Shown: in pieces, positions 26,780-36,206 of the stretch
How positions within the stretch are numbered: position 1 is the stretch's first letter
Layout: each line of letters begins with the position of its first letter
Assembly (NCBI GenBank): GCA_964201715.1
Contig: CAXNGH010000005.1
Location: 25,665-89,664 of the forward strand
DNA length: 64,000 bases
Origin: Bryobacteraceae bacterium
GTDB lineage: Bacteria > Acidobacteriota > Terriglobia > Bryobacterales > Bryobacteraceae
Direction of reading: 5' to 3'
Position numbers and translations under genes: made by a program
The notes under the pieces: model-generated
What the model was told of the DNA's origin: nothing
Database searches by the model: none
The model's input: the letters and a program-made list of their open reading frames with translations, nothing else

Positions 26780-27367
26780 ATGCGGTCTTGGATTCAGCAA
26801 ATACACATTTATCTCAGCTTGCTGAGCCTCACCAGCCTAGTCGTTTTTGGCTTGGTGGGGCTGCACGCGACGTTCGAGCCGAAGTTTGAAGATCGACCGA
26901 AAGCGGAGGCGCGGCGTTGGGAGACGGCGTTTGCGACCCCGAAGAATTTAGATGATGTGGAGTTGGCCGAGCGGATCAGGAAGGCGTTTGGGAGTGCACT
27001 GGCGAACCCGGTGGCGAAGCAGTTTTTGAAGCGGACGGCGGAGGGGCGGCTACAGGTGGATTTTTATGAAGTGAACGGGTTGACGCGGGTGGTGGTGTTC
27101 GATGACAAGCTGACGTTTGAGCAGACGCGGGTGCCGGTGCTGGAGTATCTCAACAGGATTCATGCGACGACGACGCGGGCACCGGTGACGGATTGGCGGG
27201 TGCGGGCTTGGGTCTGGTACAACGAGCTGGCGATTTGGAGTTTGCTGGGGATGACGATGACGGGGATTCTGCTGTGGTTGACGATGCGGTTGTCGCATCG
27301 GGGGGCGTTAGTGGCGGCAGTTTTGGGGACGGCGGCGTTTGCGCTGATTTATTGGAGGCTGCAATGA
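26780..27367 (+). CDS. PepSY-associated transmembrane protein
   Basis: 195 aa. N-terminal WIQQIHIYLSLLSLTSLVVFGLVGL helix and a C-terminal pair of TM helices. It is divergent from the TonB-dependent receptor. Confidence 0.65.
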   Translation: MRSWIQQIHIYLSLLSLTSLVVFGLVGLHATFEPKFEDRPKAEARRWETAFATPKNLDDVELAERIRKAFGSALANPVAKQFLKRTAEGRLQVDFYEVNGLTRVVVFDDKLTFEQTRVPVLEYLNRIHATTTRAPVTDWRVRAWVWYNELAIWSLLGMTMTGILLWLTMRLSHRGALVAAVLGTAAFALIYWRLQ

Positions 27368-27945
27368 AGCGGAAGCTGTATCCGATGTTGCGGGATGTGC
27401 ATTTGACGGTGGGCATTTTCTCGATGTTGTTCGTGCTGATGTACGCGTGGAGCTCGCTGCAGATTGCGCATCCGACGTGGATGAATACGAAGCCGGTGAC
27501 GACGGAGTGGACGACGCAGATCGGGGCGGGGTTGGCGCCGCGGGATGCGGCAATGGCGCTGCGGACGGGCGGGGGATTGGAAGGGGATTTGGTGCAGATC
27601 CGGCAGAAGGATGGGCGGACGCAGTTTCGGATGGTGAAGCCGGGGCAGATGAATGAGATCGACTACGACGGGGCGACGGGGACGGTGAAGGGGAAGTTGA
27701 ACCGGTGGGGCTTCTTTGGGATGATGAACCGGATGCATACGGCGTCGGGGCTGTGGCACGAACTTTGGTGGACCAACATTTACGGCGTGGTGGTGGGCGT
27801 GGTGTCGGCGGGGTTGTTCGTGTTGGGGGCGACGGGACTGTATTTATGGTTCGTGCGGAAGAAGGAGCGGAAGTTGGGGATTGTGCTCTTGGTGCTGGGA
27901 TTGGCTTGGGGGTTGGGCACGATGGTGGCGATGCGTATAGCCTAG
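27364..27945 (+). CDS. PepSY-associated transmembrane protein (second copy)
   Basis: The real start is the ATG at 27364, which overlaps the previous stop (ATGA): MKRKLYPMLRDVHLTVGIFSMLFVLMY...NRMHTASGLWHELWWTNIYGVV. The 5' part of track ORF 27193-27945 is a spurious extension. Confidence 0.65.
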   Translation: MKRKLYPMLRDVHLTVGIFSMLFVLMYAWSSLQIAHPTWMNTKPVTTEWTTQIGAGLAPRDAAMALRTGGGLEGDLVQIRQKDGRTQFRMVKPGQMNEIDYDGATGTVKGKLNRWGFFGMMNRMHTASGLWHELWWTNIYGVVVGVVSAGLFVLGATGLYLWFVRKKERKLGIVLLVLGLAWGLGTMVAMRIA

Positions 27946-28068
27946 GGCGGATGGTGCGTCCTGAACGACGCGTTGTGCTGGCGGGTGAAGGTCCGGTCCG
28001 GGTAATCCCCGTAGCGCCCCCGGAAGCGCGCTTGGAGGAGAGTGGCCCCGTAGCTGTTTGCCGCTGGT

Positions 28069-28776
28069 TTAACGAAACTCATTGGCGGTGCTGTGATCGT
28101 GGAAGCCGGAGAGGGAGCGTAGGCGTCGGACGACTTGTATGGCGTTGCGTTGCACTTTAGGGCTGGGATCCTGGACCATGGCGACGGCGAGATCCATGCC
28201 TTCGATCCATCCGACGGTACCGATGACCCAGGCAGCGGAGGCGCGGACACCGGCGGATTCGTCGCGGCAGAGTCGGCGGAGGACGTCGACGGCGCGGGGG
28301 TCGCCGAGATGGAAGAGCCCGACGACGGCGTTGCCGGCGACTCGGCCGTTGGGGCTGCCACAGGCGGCCCAGAAGAACTCTTTGAGTTCGGGGGTGGATT
28401 TGGCACCCCAGAGCGCTTCGACGACGTTCGCCGTGAAGCGGGAGTCGCTATGGCCGAGGAACTGCGTGGCCCATTGGGCGTCGCCGGTGGCGCAGGCGAA
28501 GAGTTTGAGCGCCTTTGACCGAACGCGAGGGTTGTCGGATTTGATGTATGGATCGAGCACTTCGGCGATCCGTTCGGCAGGGGTGACGGCCCCGATGAGC
28601 TCGAGCAAGCGGTCGACGGTACCCGGCGAGGACTCAAGCTTGAGTCGGGCGACAAGCGTATCCACTACGCGGGGCTGGCTGCGGGCCTGGAGCAAAGTCT
28701 GGGCGAGAGCGGCGCCCAGCGTCATTTCGGCCGGGTCGCACACCTTGTTCAACCACGAAGCGTTCGGGAAATCCAT
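28069..28776 (-). CDS. HEAT-repeat protein
   Basis: 235 aa with repeated DPRVRxxAxxxLG-type units: SDNPRVRSKALKLF, SPNGRVAGNAVVGLFHLGDPRAVDVL, DESAGVRASAAWVIGTVG, DPSPKVQRNAIQVV. Confidence 0.7.
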   Translation of the reverse strand: MDFPNASWLNKVCDPAEMTLGAALAQTLLQARSQPRVVDTLVARLKLESSPGTVDRLLELIGAVTPAERIAEVLDPYIKSDNPRVRSKALKLFACATGDAQWATQFLGHSDSRFTANVVEALWGAKSTPELKEFFWAACGSPNGRVAGNAVVGLFHLGDPRAVDVLRRLCRDESAGVRASAAWVIGTVGWIEGMDLAVAMVQDPSPKVQRNAIQVVRRLRSLSGFHDHSTANEFR

Positions 28777-28878
28777 TTTTCGGTCCTCACTCTACTTTGC
28801 CAATATCGACCACACGAGGGTTTTCTTGAGCGGTAAACTAGAGATTAGGCGAACTTTGGCGTTCTACCTTCCTTACCT

Positions 28879-31785
28879 ATGATTAACGCTCTGCTAGCGA
28901 AGATTTTCGGCACGAAATCCGAACGTGAGCTCAAACAGCTCAAGCCGGTGATTCAAGCCATAAACGAACTCGCCCATTCCTTTGAAACGTTTTCTGACGC
29001 CGAGCTTTCGGGCAAAACCGAGGAATTCAAGCGCAAGCTTGCATTAGGAACCGCGCTTGACGACATTTTGGTGGAAGCCTTTGCCACTGTGCGCGAGGCT
29101 GGTCGGCGTGTGCTGAACATGCGTCATTATGACGTCCAACTGATTGGTGGGATGATCCTGCATCAGGGCAAGATCGCCGAAATGCGGACGGGCGAGGGCA
29201 AGACGCTGGTTGCTACGTTGGCTTGCTACTTGAATGCGCTGGAGGGCAAGGGCGTTCATGTTGTGACAGTGAACGACTATTTGGCGCGGCGCGACTCGGA
29301 GTGGATGGGTCGCTTGTACAAATTTCTTGGCCTGACGGTGGGCTGCATCGTGCATGATTTGGACGATGGGGAGCGCAAAGCGGCGTACGCTTGCGACATC
29401 ACCTACGGCACGAATAACGAATTTGGATTTGACTACCTGCGCGACAACATGAAGTTTCGCATTGCGGACTGCGTGCAACGGCCGCATTATTACGCGATTG
29501 TGGATGAGGTTGACTCGATTCTGATCGACGAAGCGCGAACGCCGTTGATTATTTCCGGTCCGTCGGAGGAGTCGACCGATAAGTATTACAAGATCAACCA
29601 GATCATCCCGAAGCTGATTCGGGGTGAGGTGATCGAGGGCCGGGAGCCGGGCGAGAAGTATTTTACGGGTGACTACACGGTGGACGAGAAACACCGCGGG
29701 GTGGCGTTGACCGAAGAGGGTGTGTTGAAAGTGGAGCGGTTGCTGAATTGCGGCAACCTTTATGACCCTTCCAACATTGAAATTAATCACCATGTGCAGC
29801 AGGGCTTGAAAGCGCATGTGTTGTTCCACCGGGATAAGGATTATTTGGTCCGGCCGGGCGAAGAGAACGAGATGGAAGTGGTGATCGTCGATGAGTTTAC
29901 CGGACGTATTATGCCGGGTCGGCGGTGGTCGGACGGGTTGCATCAGGCGATTGAGGCCAAAGAGGGCGTAAAGATTCAGCGGGAGACGCAGACGCTGGCG
30001 TCGATCACTTTTCAGAACTACTTCCGGATGTATAAGAAGCTTTCGGGCATGACGGGTACGGCGGATACGGAAGCGGCGGAGTTTGGCAAGACGTATAAGC
30101 TGGATGTTTCGCCGGCGCCGCCGAATCGGCCGATGCGGCGGATTGAGTTCAACGATATCGTCTATCGGACCGAGGAAGAAAAGTTCCGGAACGCGGCGAA
30201 AGAGATTAAAGAGTGTAACGCCAAGGGCCAGCCGGTGTTGGTGGGTACGATCTCGGTGACGAAATCCGAGCGGCTGTCGACGATTTTGACGCGGCTTGGG
30301 GTGAAGCATGAGGTTCTGAACGCGAAGAACCACGAACGGGAAGCGTTTATTATTGCTCAGGCGGGCCGGTACGCGGCGGTGACGGTTTCGACGAACATGG
30401 CGGGCCGTGGGACAGACATTTTGTTGGGCGGTAACCCGGACTTTCTCGCGCAGGAAGAGTGCTTAAAGAAGGGCTATCTGGAGTCGGTCCCGGAGGGCAT
30501 GGGCGGGTTAGTGGCGGATCGGGATTACTATTACTTCCAGCGGGGTGATCGTAATTATCGGGTGCCGGCTCAGCAGTGGGCCGATATGTTCGCTAAACAC
30601 AAAGCGGTGTGCGATGAGGAGCACGATAAGGTCGTCGCGGCGGGTGGGTTGATAGTGGTTGGAACAGAGCGGCACGAATCTCGCCGGATTGATAACCAGT
30701 TGCGCGGGCGCGCGGGTCGGCAGGGTGATCCGGGAGCTTCGAAATTTTTCCTGTCTTTACAGGACGACTTGCTGCGGATTTTCGGTGGGGAGCGGATGCA
30801 GAATTTGATGCTGCGTCTGGGCATGGAAGAAGACGTGCCGATTGAGTCGAAGTTGATTACGCGGCGGATCGCGGCGGCCCAAAAGGCCGTCGAGGCGCAG
30901 AATTTCATGAGTCGGAAGCACGTACTGGAGTACGACGACATTATGAACAAGCAGCGCGGAGCGGTTTATGGAATGCGGCGCGGGTTGCTGGAGGGGGTGG
31001 AGCAGCGCGAGCGGGTGTTCGCGATGGCCAAGGGGCTCGTGGAGACACTGGTCATTGATCGGATTCCAGAGAAAGCTCGGGTGGACGAATGGGACCTAGC
31101 CGGCTTGGATTCAGATATTCTTACCCGTTTTGGCGTATCGATCGATAGTTCCGGGTACAAAGAGATGAGTCGCGAGGAGCTCGAAGATGATATTTTCGAG
31201 CTCCTCAAGATCCGTTACGAGCAGAAAGAGGAGTTAATCGGTCCGGACTATATTCGCGACGCGGAACGCATTATCATGTTGAATGTCATCGATAACCAGT
31301 GGAAGGACCACTTACTATCGATGGATCATCTGAAAGAAGGCATCGGGATGCGGGCCTACGGGCAAAAAGATCCGTTGCTTGAATATAAGAAAGAATCTTT
31401 CACGCTGTTCCAGGACATGATGGATCGGATTGAGGATGAGACGCTTCGGTACCTCTACTTCATGCAGGTGGCCGAGGATGATCGTCCGCAGATGCCGTTC
31501 GTCCGTGACCCGGACGATGAAGAAGAGTCTTACCTGCCGACAGAAGAACCGGAGCCGGCTCCAAAGCCGGTTGACCAGAAGGCCGCACGGGCTTCGATTG
31601 CCGAGTTTACCCGGAAGATCGAGAAGAAGAAGGAAAAAGAGCTGGCGGACCTCCAATTCATCGGAGGTTCGGTTTCGTCGGCACCGCAGACGCCTGTTGT
31701 GGCGTCTAAGAAAGTGGGCCGTAACGATCCGTGTTTCTGCGGAAGCGGCAAAAAGTACAAAAAATGTCACGGAATCAACGAATAG
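28879..31785 (+). CDS. secA: Preprotein translocase ATPase SecA
   Basis: 968 aa with [13 protein letters not shown] (Walker A), [29 protein letters not shown] and the C-terminal zinc finger [14 protein letters not shown]. Confidence 0.97.
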   Translation: MINALLAKIFGTKSERELKQLKPVIQAINELAHSFETFSDAELSGKTEEFKRKLALGTALDDILVEAFATVREAGRRVLNMRHYDVQLIGGMILHQGKIAEMRTGEGKTLVATLACYLNALEGKGVHVVTVNDYLARRDSEWMGRLYKFLGLTVGCIVHDLDDGERKAAYACDITYGTNNEFGFDYLRDNMKFRIADCVQRPHYYAIVDEVDSILIDEARTPLIISGPSEESTDKYYKINQIIPKLIRGEVIEGREPGEKYFTGDYTVDEKHRGVALTEEGVLKVERLLNCGNLYDPSNIEINHHVQQGLKAHVLFHRDKDYLVRPGEENEMEVVIVDEFTGRIMPGRRWSDGLHQAIEAKEGVKIQRETQTLASITFQNYFRMYKKLSGMTGTADTEAAEFGKTYKLDVSPAPPNRPMRRIEFNDIVYRTEEEKFRNAAKEIKECNAKGQPVLVGTISVTKSERLSTILTRLGVKHEVLNAKNHEREAFIIAQAGRYAAVTVSTNMAGRGTDILLGGNPDFLAQEECLKKGYLESVPEGMGGLVADRDYYYFQRGDRNYRVPAQQWADMFAKHKAVCDEEHDKVVAAGGLIVVGTERHESRRIDNQLRGRAGRQGDPGASKFFLSLQDDLLRIFGGERMQNLMLRLGMEEDVPIESKLITRRIAAAQKAVEAQNFMSRKHVLEYDDIMNKQRGAVYGMRRGLLEGVEQRERVFAMAKGLVETLVIDRIPEKARVDEWDLAGLDSDILTRFGVSIDSSGYKEMSREELEDDIFELLKIRYEQKEELIGPDYIRDAERIIMLNVIDNQWKDHLLSMDHLKEGIGMRAYGQKDPLLEYKKESFTLFQDMMDRIEDETLRYLYFMQVAEDDRPQMPFVRDPDDEEESYLPTEEPEPAPKPVDQKAARASIAEFTRKIEKKKEKELADLQFIGGSVSSAPQTPVVASKKVGRNDPCFCGSGKKYKKCHGINE

Positions 31786-32801
31786 CCGCGTTTTTGTTCG
31801 CGTTTTGGCCACTTTCGGCGGCATTGCTGCCGGAGGGGCTGGAGCTGCACTCCCGGAAGTTGACGGCACCGCTGGTTGCGGCGGACCCGGCGCTATGGAA
31901 AGAGTATGGCTTCCAAGAGGGCGAGAGCGCAGTTTACGAAGGGAAGGGAAAAGCGGACGACAAGGGCGTTTTTGGCCCGATGAAGACTTTTTCCGTTTCG
32001 GCGTGGCGTCTGCGGGATTCGACGTCGGCGCTCGCGTTATGGCAGCTTTTAAGGCCGACCGATGCGAAGCCGGTGGCGGAGGCGGCGACGAATGTCGCGG
32101 CGCGTTCGGGCGGGCGTTTGTTGCTCGCCTACGGCAACTATGTACTTCAGTTTGAGGGGTATACGCCGGAGAACGAGACGGTGCATCAGTTAGTGCTGCA
32201 TTTACCTCGGTTTGAAAGGGCGGCGTTGCCGGCGTTGGCTGGCTTTCTGCCGGTGGAGGCGCGGGTGGCGAATTCGGAGCGTTTAATCGTCGGGCCGGTC
32301 GGCTTAGAGCGGTTTGCGGGGCAGGTTCCGCCTTCTGTGGTGGCGTTTCAGTACGATACCGAAGGCGTAGTGGGGCGATTTGTGGATCGGGATGGGCCGG
32401 TGGACTTGGTTGTATTCGCTTACCCGAATCACCAGATTGCGCAGAAGCAGATCGCGGCCTACCAGAATTTGGCGGGACTGACGGCGTCGCGGAACGGTCC
32501 GCTGGTGGGGGTGGTTCTGAAGACGCCGAACGCGGATGCGGCGCAACGGGTGCTCGCGCAGGTTCGGTATGAAGCGACGATCACGATCAACTCGAAGCCG
32601 GCAGCGCCGAAAGAGAATATTGGCGACATGATTTTGGCGATAGCGCAGCTGGCCGGGGTGTTGATTGGTGGGGCGCTGGTGGCGGGATTACTGTTCGCCG
32701 GGATTCGGTTGGCGACGGGCGGAGGATTCGGCAACATTCGAGGAAGGCAGGAAGAGGTTGTGTCGCTTTCGATCGACCGAGACGTGTCCAAACGCCCGTA
32801 A
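31764..32801 (+). CDS. Hypothetical exported protein with C-terminal membrane anchor
   Basis: The likely start is the ATG at 31764 ([22 protein letters not shown], a signal peptide), overlapping the secA 3' end by 22 nt. There is a C-terminal TM helix ([25 protein letters not shown]). Confidence 0.55.
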   Translation: MSRNQRIAAFLFAFWPLSAALLPEGLELHSRKLTAPLVAADPALWKEYGFQEGESAVYEGKGKADDKGVFGPMKTFSVSAWRLRDSTSALALWQLLRPTDAKPVAEAATNVAARSGGRLLLAYGNYVLQFEGYTPENETVHQLVLHLPRFERAALPALAGFLPVEARVANSERLIVGPVGLERFAGQVPPSVVAFQYDTEGVVGRFVDRDGPVDLVVFAYPNHQIAQKQIAAYQNLAGLTASRNGPLVGVVLKTPNADAAQRVLAQVRYEATITINSKPAAPKENIGDMILAIAQLAGVLIGGALVAGLLFAGIRLATGGGFGNIRGRQEEVVSLSIDRDVSKRP

Positions 32802-32951
32802 CCGCGTGTAGTTTCTAGAGGTTGGCGATAAATAGATCGATTTCGCACAGGTTGTGCACAGGATTTAAACAGTATTGCCCCTAGCTGAATGGTTCTCCAT
32901 GTTGTTGAAATAAAATGACTTATTGTGGTAAAAAAACGTCTATTTTTTTGC

Positions 32952-32980
32952 TTGACTCTTTCCTTCCTAGGCCGTAACAT
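32952..32980 (+). promoter_or_regulatory. Sigma-70-like promoter in an otherwise gene-free spacer
   Basis: TTGACT (32952-32957), a 17-nt spacer, then TAACAT (32975-32980). It is preceded by an A/T-rich tract (AAAAAAACGTCTATTTTTTT) that could act as an UP element. Confidence 0.35.
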
Positions 32981-32986
32981 CCAATC

Positions 32987-33106
32987 ACATACCAGATTCG
33001 TGGCGTTGCGATGCCATCGAGCCTGATTCTCCCTAAAACATCCCGACGGCGATCCTGTCGGTAATGTCCGAGAGGCCCTGCGTGATTTCGGGGCCTTTAG
33101 GTTTTT
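32987..33106 (+). ncRNA. Candidate ~120-nt small RNA (promoter-to-terminator unit)
   Basis: Three hairpins lie downstream of the promoter. Hairpin 1 is TCGTGGC...GCCATCGA (32998-33020). Hairpin 2 is CCGAC-N9-GTCGG (33043-33061). Hairpin 3 is a terminator-like AGGCCC-N12-GGGCCT (33073-33096) followed by TTTAGGTTTTT. There is no downstream plus-strand gene, and the only ORF is 17 codons without an SD. Confidence 0.3.
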
Positions 33107-33118
33107 CCTGGTCAGGCG

Positions 33119-34459
33119 TTATTTTTTGATCTGGAAGCGATCGATTTCCTTGCCGGCGCCGTCGAGTTGGCGGAAGGTTAGTTGCTTTCCCTTGAGGTCG
33201 AGGATGCTGAGGCTATGTGTTTTTGACACAAAGCGTTTGGTGAATTCCTGCCAAGTGGCGGGATTACCTTCTTGTTCGGGGTTGTAGAGTCCCGCGCCGC
33301 CGGCCCCGGTGACGATGTAGGTGACACCCTTGGGTTTACCCTGGTCGGCGTAGGATTTGTCGAGGGTCCAATGCCCGTCGACTTCGCCTTTCTTGGCTCC
33401 GGGGCCGGAGGGGGCGAAGGTCATGGGGAAGGTACGCTGGTAGTTGTGGACGTGGCCGCTGAAGACGATGTCGACGCCGTGCTTTTCAAAGACAGGCGCT
33501 AGCCAGCGCAACTGCTGTTCGGAGAAGTGGGCTTTGGAGGAGTTAAAGCCGGGTTGATGGAAGCCGACGAAGCGCCAGGTGGATTTCTTCCCTTTGGCGA
33601 GGTCGGCTTCGAGCCAGGCGAGGAGGGCGGGATCTTTCCAGTCGACATAGCCGTTGCCGTCGAGCATGGTCCAGTGGGCGTTGCCGTTGTCGAAGGAGTA
33701 GTTGGCGGCTTTTGGAAATGCCGTTCCGGCACTTTCGAGAATGGTGGGGACCCATTTTCCGGTCAGTTTAGGCTGGTTCTGGGAGCCGAGAGCGGGGCCG
33801 TTGGTGGGCTGCTTCCAATAGAGGAAATAGGCCTGGGCGTCGGGGAATTTGTCGGTGTCGGTGGTGACGGTGTCATGGTTGCCGGGGACGACGGCGAAGA
33901 GGCGCTGCTGCATGAGGGATACGCCGTTTTTGGAATCCTGCTCGGCGTTGTAGATGGGGTAATGATTCTTGCGGTACTCGGAGACGAGTCCGCGGCCGTA
34001 GACGACGTCGCCGACGATGAAGACCCAGTCGGGTTTGGCCTGGGCCATCTGCCAGGCGATTTCGCGCTGAGAGGTGTTGTCCTGGCCGCTGTCTCCGAAG
34101 ATTACGACGCGGGAGGGTTGGAGGGCGGATTGACGGGCGCGGCCCTTGGCTTGGAAGACGGCCTTCCCGTCTCTAGAGACGGTGTAGGGGAAATCGGTTC
34201 CGGGGCGGAGTCCGGAGAGTTCTGCGGAGTAGACAAAGTGCTGAGACACGGAGGTGGCGCCGATTTTCTGTACTTTGGCGGGGACGGGCTTGCCTTTGGG
34301 GCCGGTGACAGAGAAGTTGCTCGGGGCGGCGGTATGCCAGACGATGGTGATGCGGGTAGGGTCGGTTGGGGCGTCGCCGAGTTGGAGGTAGGGCTTGACG
34401 AGGAACGGGTCTTGGGCGAAGAGAAGGGCGGCGGAGAGAAAGAGAAGTAAAAAATGCAT
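33119..34459 (-). CDS. Secreted calcineurin-like metallophosphoesterase (purple-acid-phosphatase-like)
   Basis: The likely start is the ATG at comp. 34457-34459 (MHFLLLFLSAALLFAQ, a signal peptide). Motifs: VIFGDSGQD, FIVGDVVYGRG, VPGNHD, GFHQP, FSGHVHNYQRT. Confidence 0.85.
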   Translation of the reverse strand: MHFLLLFLSAALLFAQDPFLVKPYLQLGDAPTDPTRITIVWHTAAPSNFSVTGPKGKPVPAKVQKIGATSVSQHFVYSAELSGLRPGTDFPYTVSRDGKAVFQAKGRARQSALQPSRVVIFGDSGQDNTSQREIAWQMAQAKPDWVFIVGDVVYGRGLVSEYRKNHYPIYNAEQDSKNGVSLMQQRLFAVVPGNHDTVTTDTDKFPDAQAYFLYWKQPTNGPALGSQNQPKLTGKWVPTILESAGTAFPKAANYSFDNGNAHWTMLDGNGYVDWKDPALLAWLEADLAKGKKSTWRFVGFHQPGFNSSKAHFSEQQLRWLAPVFEKHGVDIVFSGHVHNYQRTFPMTFAPSGPGAKKGEVDGHWTLDKSYADQGKPKGVTYIVTGAGGAGLYNPEQEGNPATWQEFTKRFVSKTHSLSILDLKGKQLTFRQLDGAGKEIDRFQIKK

Positions 34460-34504
34460 GGTTGCATCTAGGGTAACAATGCGGGATTGCAATACCATAA
34501 CGTT

Positions 34505-35020
34505 ATGCGGAGACGTGAATTGTTGGCGATGGCGGGGGGGGGGCTGGTAGGGTGTTCGAAGCCGGAGGCGGAGGCGCCGCGGAAGATTCACGTGCCGCGG
34601 GCAGTGTCGACGATGCCGGAGTTGCCGGCGACGGAGGCGGGGAGCGACGAGAAGGGATTTGCCGAGATCACTTGGCCGATGTTGCGTGGGCTGGATACGC
34701 GGACGGGACTGGCGAATCCGCTACTCGAGTTGGTGGCGGGAACGGATGTGAAACTGGCCGGGTATATGGTTCCGTTCGATGACGGTTTTGAAGAGGTCAC
34801 CGAGTTCTTGCTGGTGCCGACGGCGGGGGCTTGCGTGCATACGCCGCCTCCGCCGACCAACCAGATCGTCTATGCGACGATGACAACGGGTCGGGCTGCG
34901 AAGGTGGAGCAGGTTTTTAGCGTTTGGGTGAGCGGTCGGTTGGAGATTGCGTCGACCGATAGCCCGTACGGCCAGGCTGGGTTCAAGCTGGGGGCGGTGA
35001 AGGTGGAACGACGTGGTTAA
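34505..35020 (+). CDS. DUF3299-type lipoprotein
   Basis: MRRRELLAMAGGGLVGCS is a lipobox. VKLAGYMVPFDDGFEEVTEFLLVPTAGACVHTPPPPTNQIV is the DUF3299 core. Confidence 0.7.
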   Translation: MRRRELLAMAGGGLVGCSKPEAEAPRKIHVPRAVSTMPELPATEAGSDEKGFAEITWPMLRGLDTRTGLANPLLELVAGTDVKLAGYMVPFDDGFEEVTEFLLVPTAGACVHTPPPPTNQIVYATMTTGRAAKVEQVFSVWVSGRLEIASTDSPYGQAGFKLGAVKVERRG

Positions 35021-36168
35021 GCTTTGAGCCAGCGATCGAACCAGGCGAAGGCATCCTTCTGCATGGGGGCGTCGAATTTGTGTGGCCCGTCGTAGAAATT
35101 AGCTTTGTAGCGGTCGGCGGCACCGGCCTTTTTGTAGACCTCGGTGAGGATGCGGTCGGCGCGCTCCATTTCCGGCAGAGTGAAGAGGGTGTCCTGGCGG
35201 TTGTTGAGGACTAGGACGGGATTGGGGGCGGATAGGCCGAGTATCTCGGGGTAGTCGAGATCTTTCGGGAGTCCGGGCACGTAACACATCCAGGTATGGG
35301 TGTGGCACTTATTGAGTAAGTAATCGCGCCAGGTGGTCATCATGCCGACGGCGACTGAGCAGCGGATGCGTTCGTCGGCGCCCGCGAGCATGACGGTGCG
35401 GAGGCCGCCGCCGGAGAGGCCGGCGCAGCCGAGTCGGGTGGGGTCGACGTCGGGCCGGGCGGCTAGGTAGTCGAGGGCGCGTTGGTCGTCATAGACAAAG
35501 GCCCCGGGCCAAGTGAGGCCGCCGGAGAAGAGGCTCTTGGCGACGACGTGCTCATGGTTGGCAGCCCATTGGTTGTATCTGACGATTTCGTCTTCGGCCT
35601 CGGGGTTGGCTTCGACCATGTTATTCCGGATGTTAGCGGGCACATCGGCCCAGCGGACTCGGCGGCTGCCGAAGGTGAAGGTATCGTGGACGATGACGAC
35701 GTAGCCGCGGCGGGCGAGTTCGTTGGCCCAGGCGAAGCCACCGTAGTAATGATCCTGGTGGCGAATCATCAACGGGTGAGGGTCGCGGGACATGCGGGTA
35801 ATTTTGCGAAGTCCGAAGTACTTGTTGCCGCCGTGATCGTGGAGGCCGACGATGCCGGGGAGTTTTCCGGTGGCTTTGGCTGGCTTGAGGACGAGGGCTT
35901 CGGTGGGGGGGCCGTAGGGCAATTGCCACTTGAGGTGCTCGATTTCGAGGCCGTCGAATTCAAGGTGGTGTTCGACGATGGGTCGCGGTGAGGCGGGCGG
36001 GGCGGGGGAAGCGATGGCTTCGTGGAAGCGGGCCCGGGCGACGGCACGCCACGCGTTCACATCCTGAAACATAGGATGTCGGAAAGAGAGCCGGGGCGGG
36101 TCGGGGATAGTTCCCGCAGCCCATTCACCATACGCGCCGAGCATATTCGGAGTCATGGATTGGATCAT
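35017..36168 (-). CDS. Alpha/beta hydrolase (acetyl-xylan-esterase / dienelactone-hydrolase-like)
   Basis: 383 aa with the nucleophile elbow GCAGLSGGG (GxSxG) and HDHGGNKYFG upstream. Its stop overlaps the convergent DUF3299 gene stop (TTAA). Confidence 0.75.
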   Translation of the reverse strand: MIQSMTPNMLGAYGEWAAGTIPDPPRLSFRHPMFQDVNAWRAVARARFHEAIASPAPPASPRPIVEHHLEFDGLEIEHLKWQLPYGPPTEALVLKPAKATGKLPGIVGLHDHGGNKYFGLRKITRMSRDPHPLMIRHQDHYYGGFAWANELARRGYVVIVHDTFTFGSRRVRWADVPANIRNNMVEANPEAEDEIVRYNQWAANHEHVVAKSLFSGGLTWPGAFVYDDQRALDYLAARPDVDPTRLGCAGLSGGGLRTVMLAGADERIRCSVAVGMMTTWRDYLLNKCHTHTWMCYVPGLPKDLDYPEILGLSAPNPVLVLNNRQDTLFTLPEMERADRILTEVYKKAGAADRYKANFYDGPHKFDAPMQKDAFAWFDRWLKA

Positions 36169-36206
36169 AGCGTAACTTGACGTGAGAGAATGGCGAATAG
36201 CAACCC

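Noticed and set aside
29044-30333. 429-aa minus-strand ORF inside secA; likewise 41739-42941 and 40692-41582 inside the TonB receptor, 24513-25634 and 25953-26753 opposite the other receptor, 46985-48097 opposite hisC, and 61845-62675 opposite rne
   Set aside because: All lie antisense to confidently identified genes. They have low-complexity R/P or G/A/V/D/E composition and no start context, so they are shadow ORFs.
33107-33120. CCUGGUCAGG resembling the CCAGGUCAGG segment of SRP (4.5S) RNA
   Set aside because: It is only a 10-nt similarity located after the predicted terminator. The conserved GGAAGGAAGCAGCC helix-8 sequence is absent.
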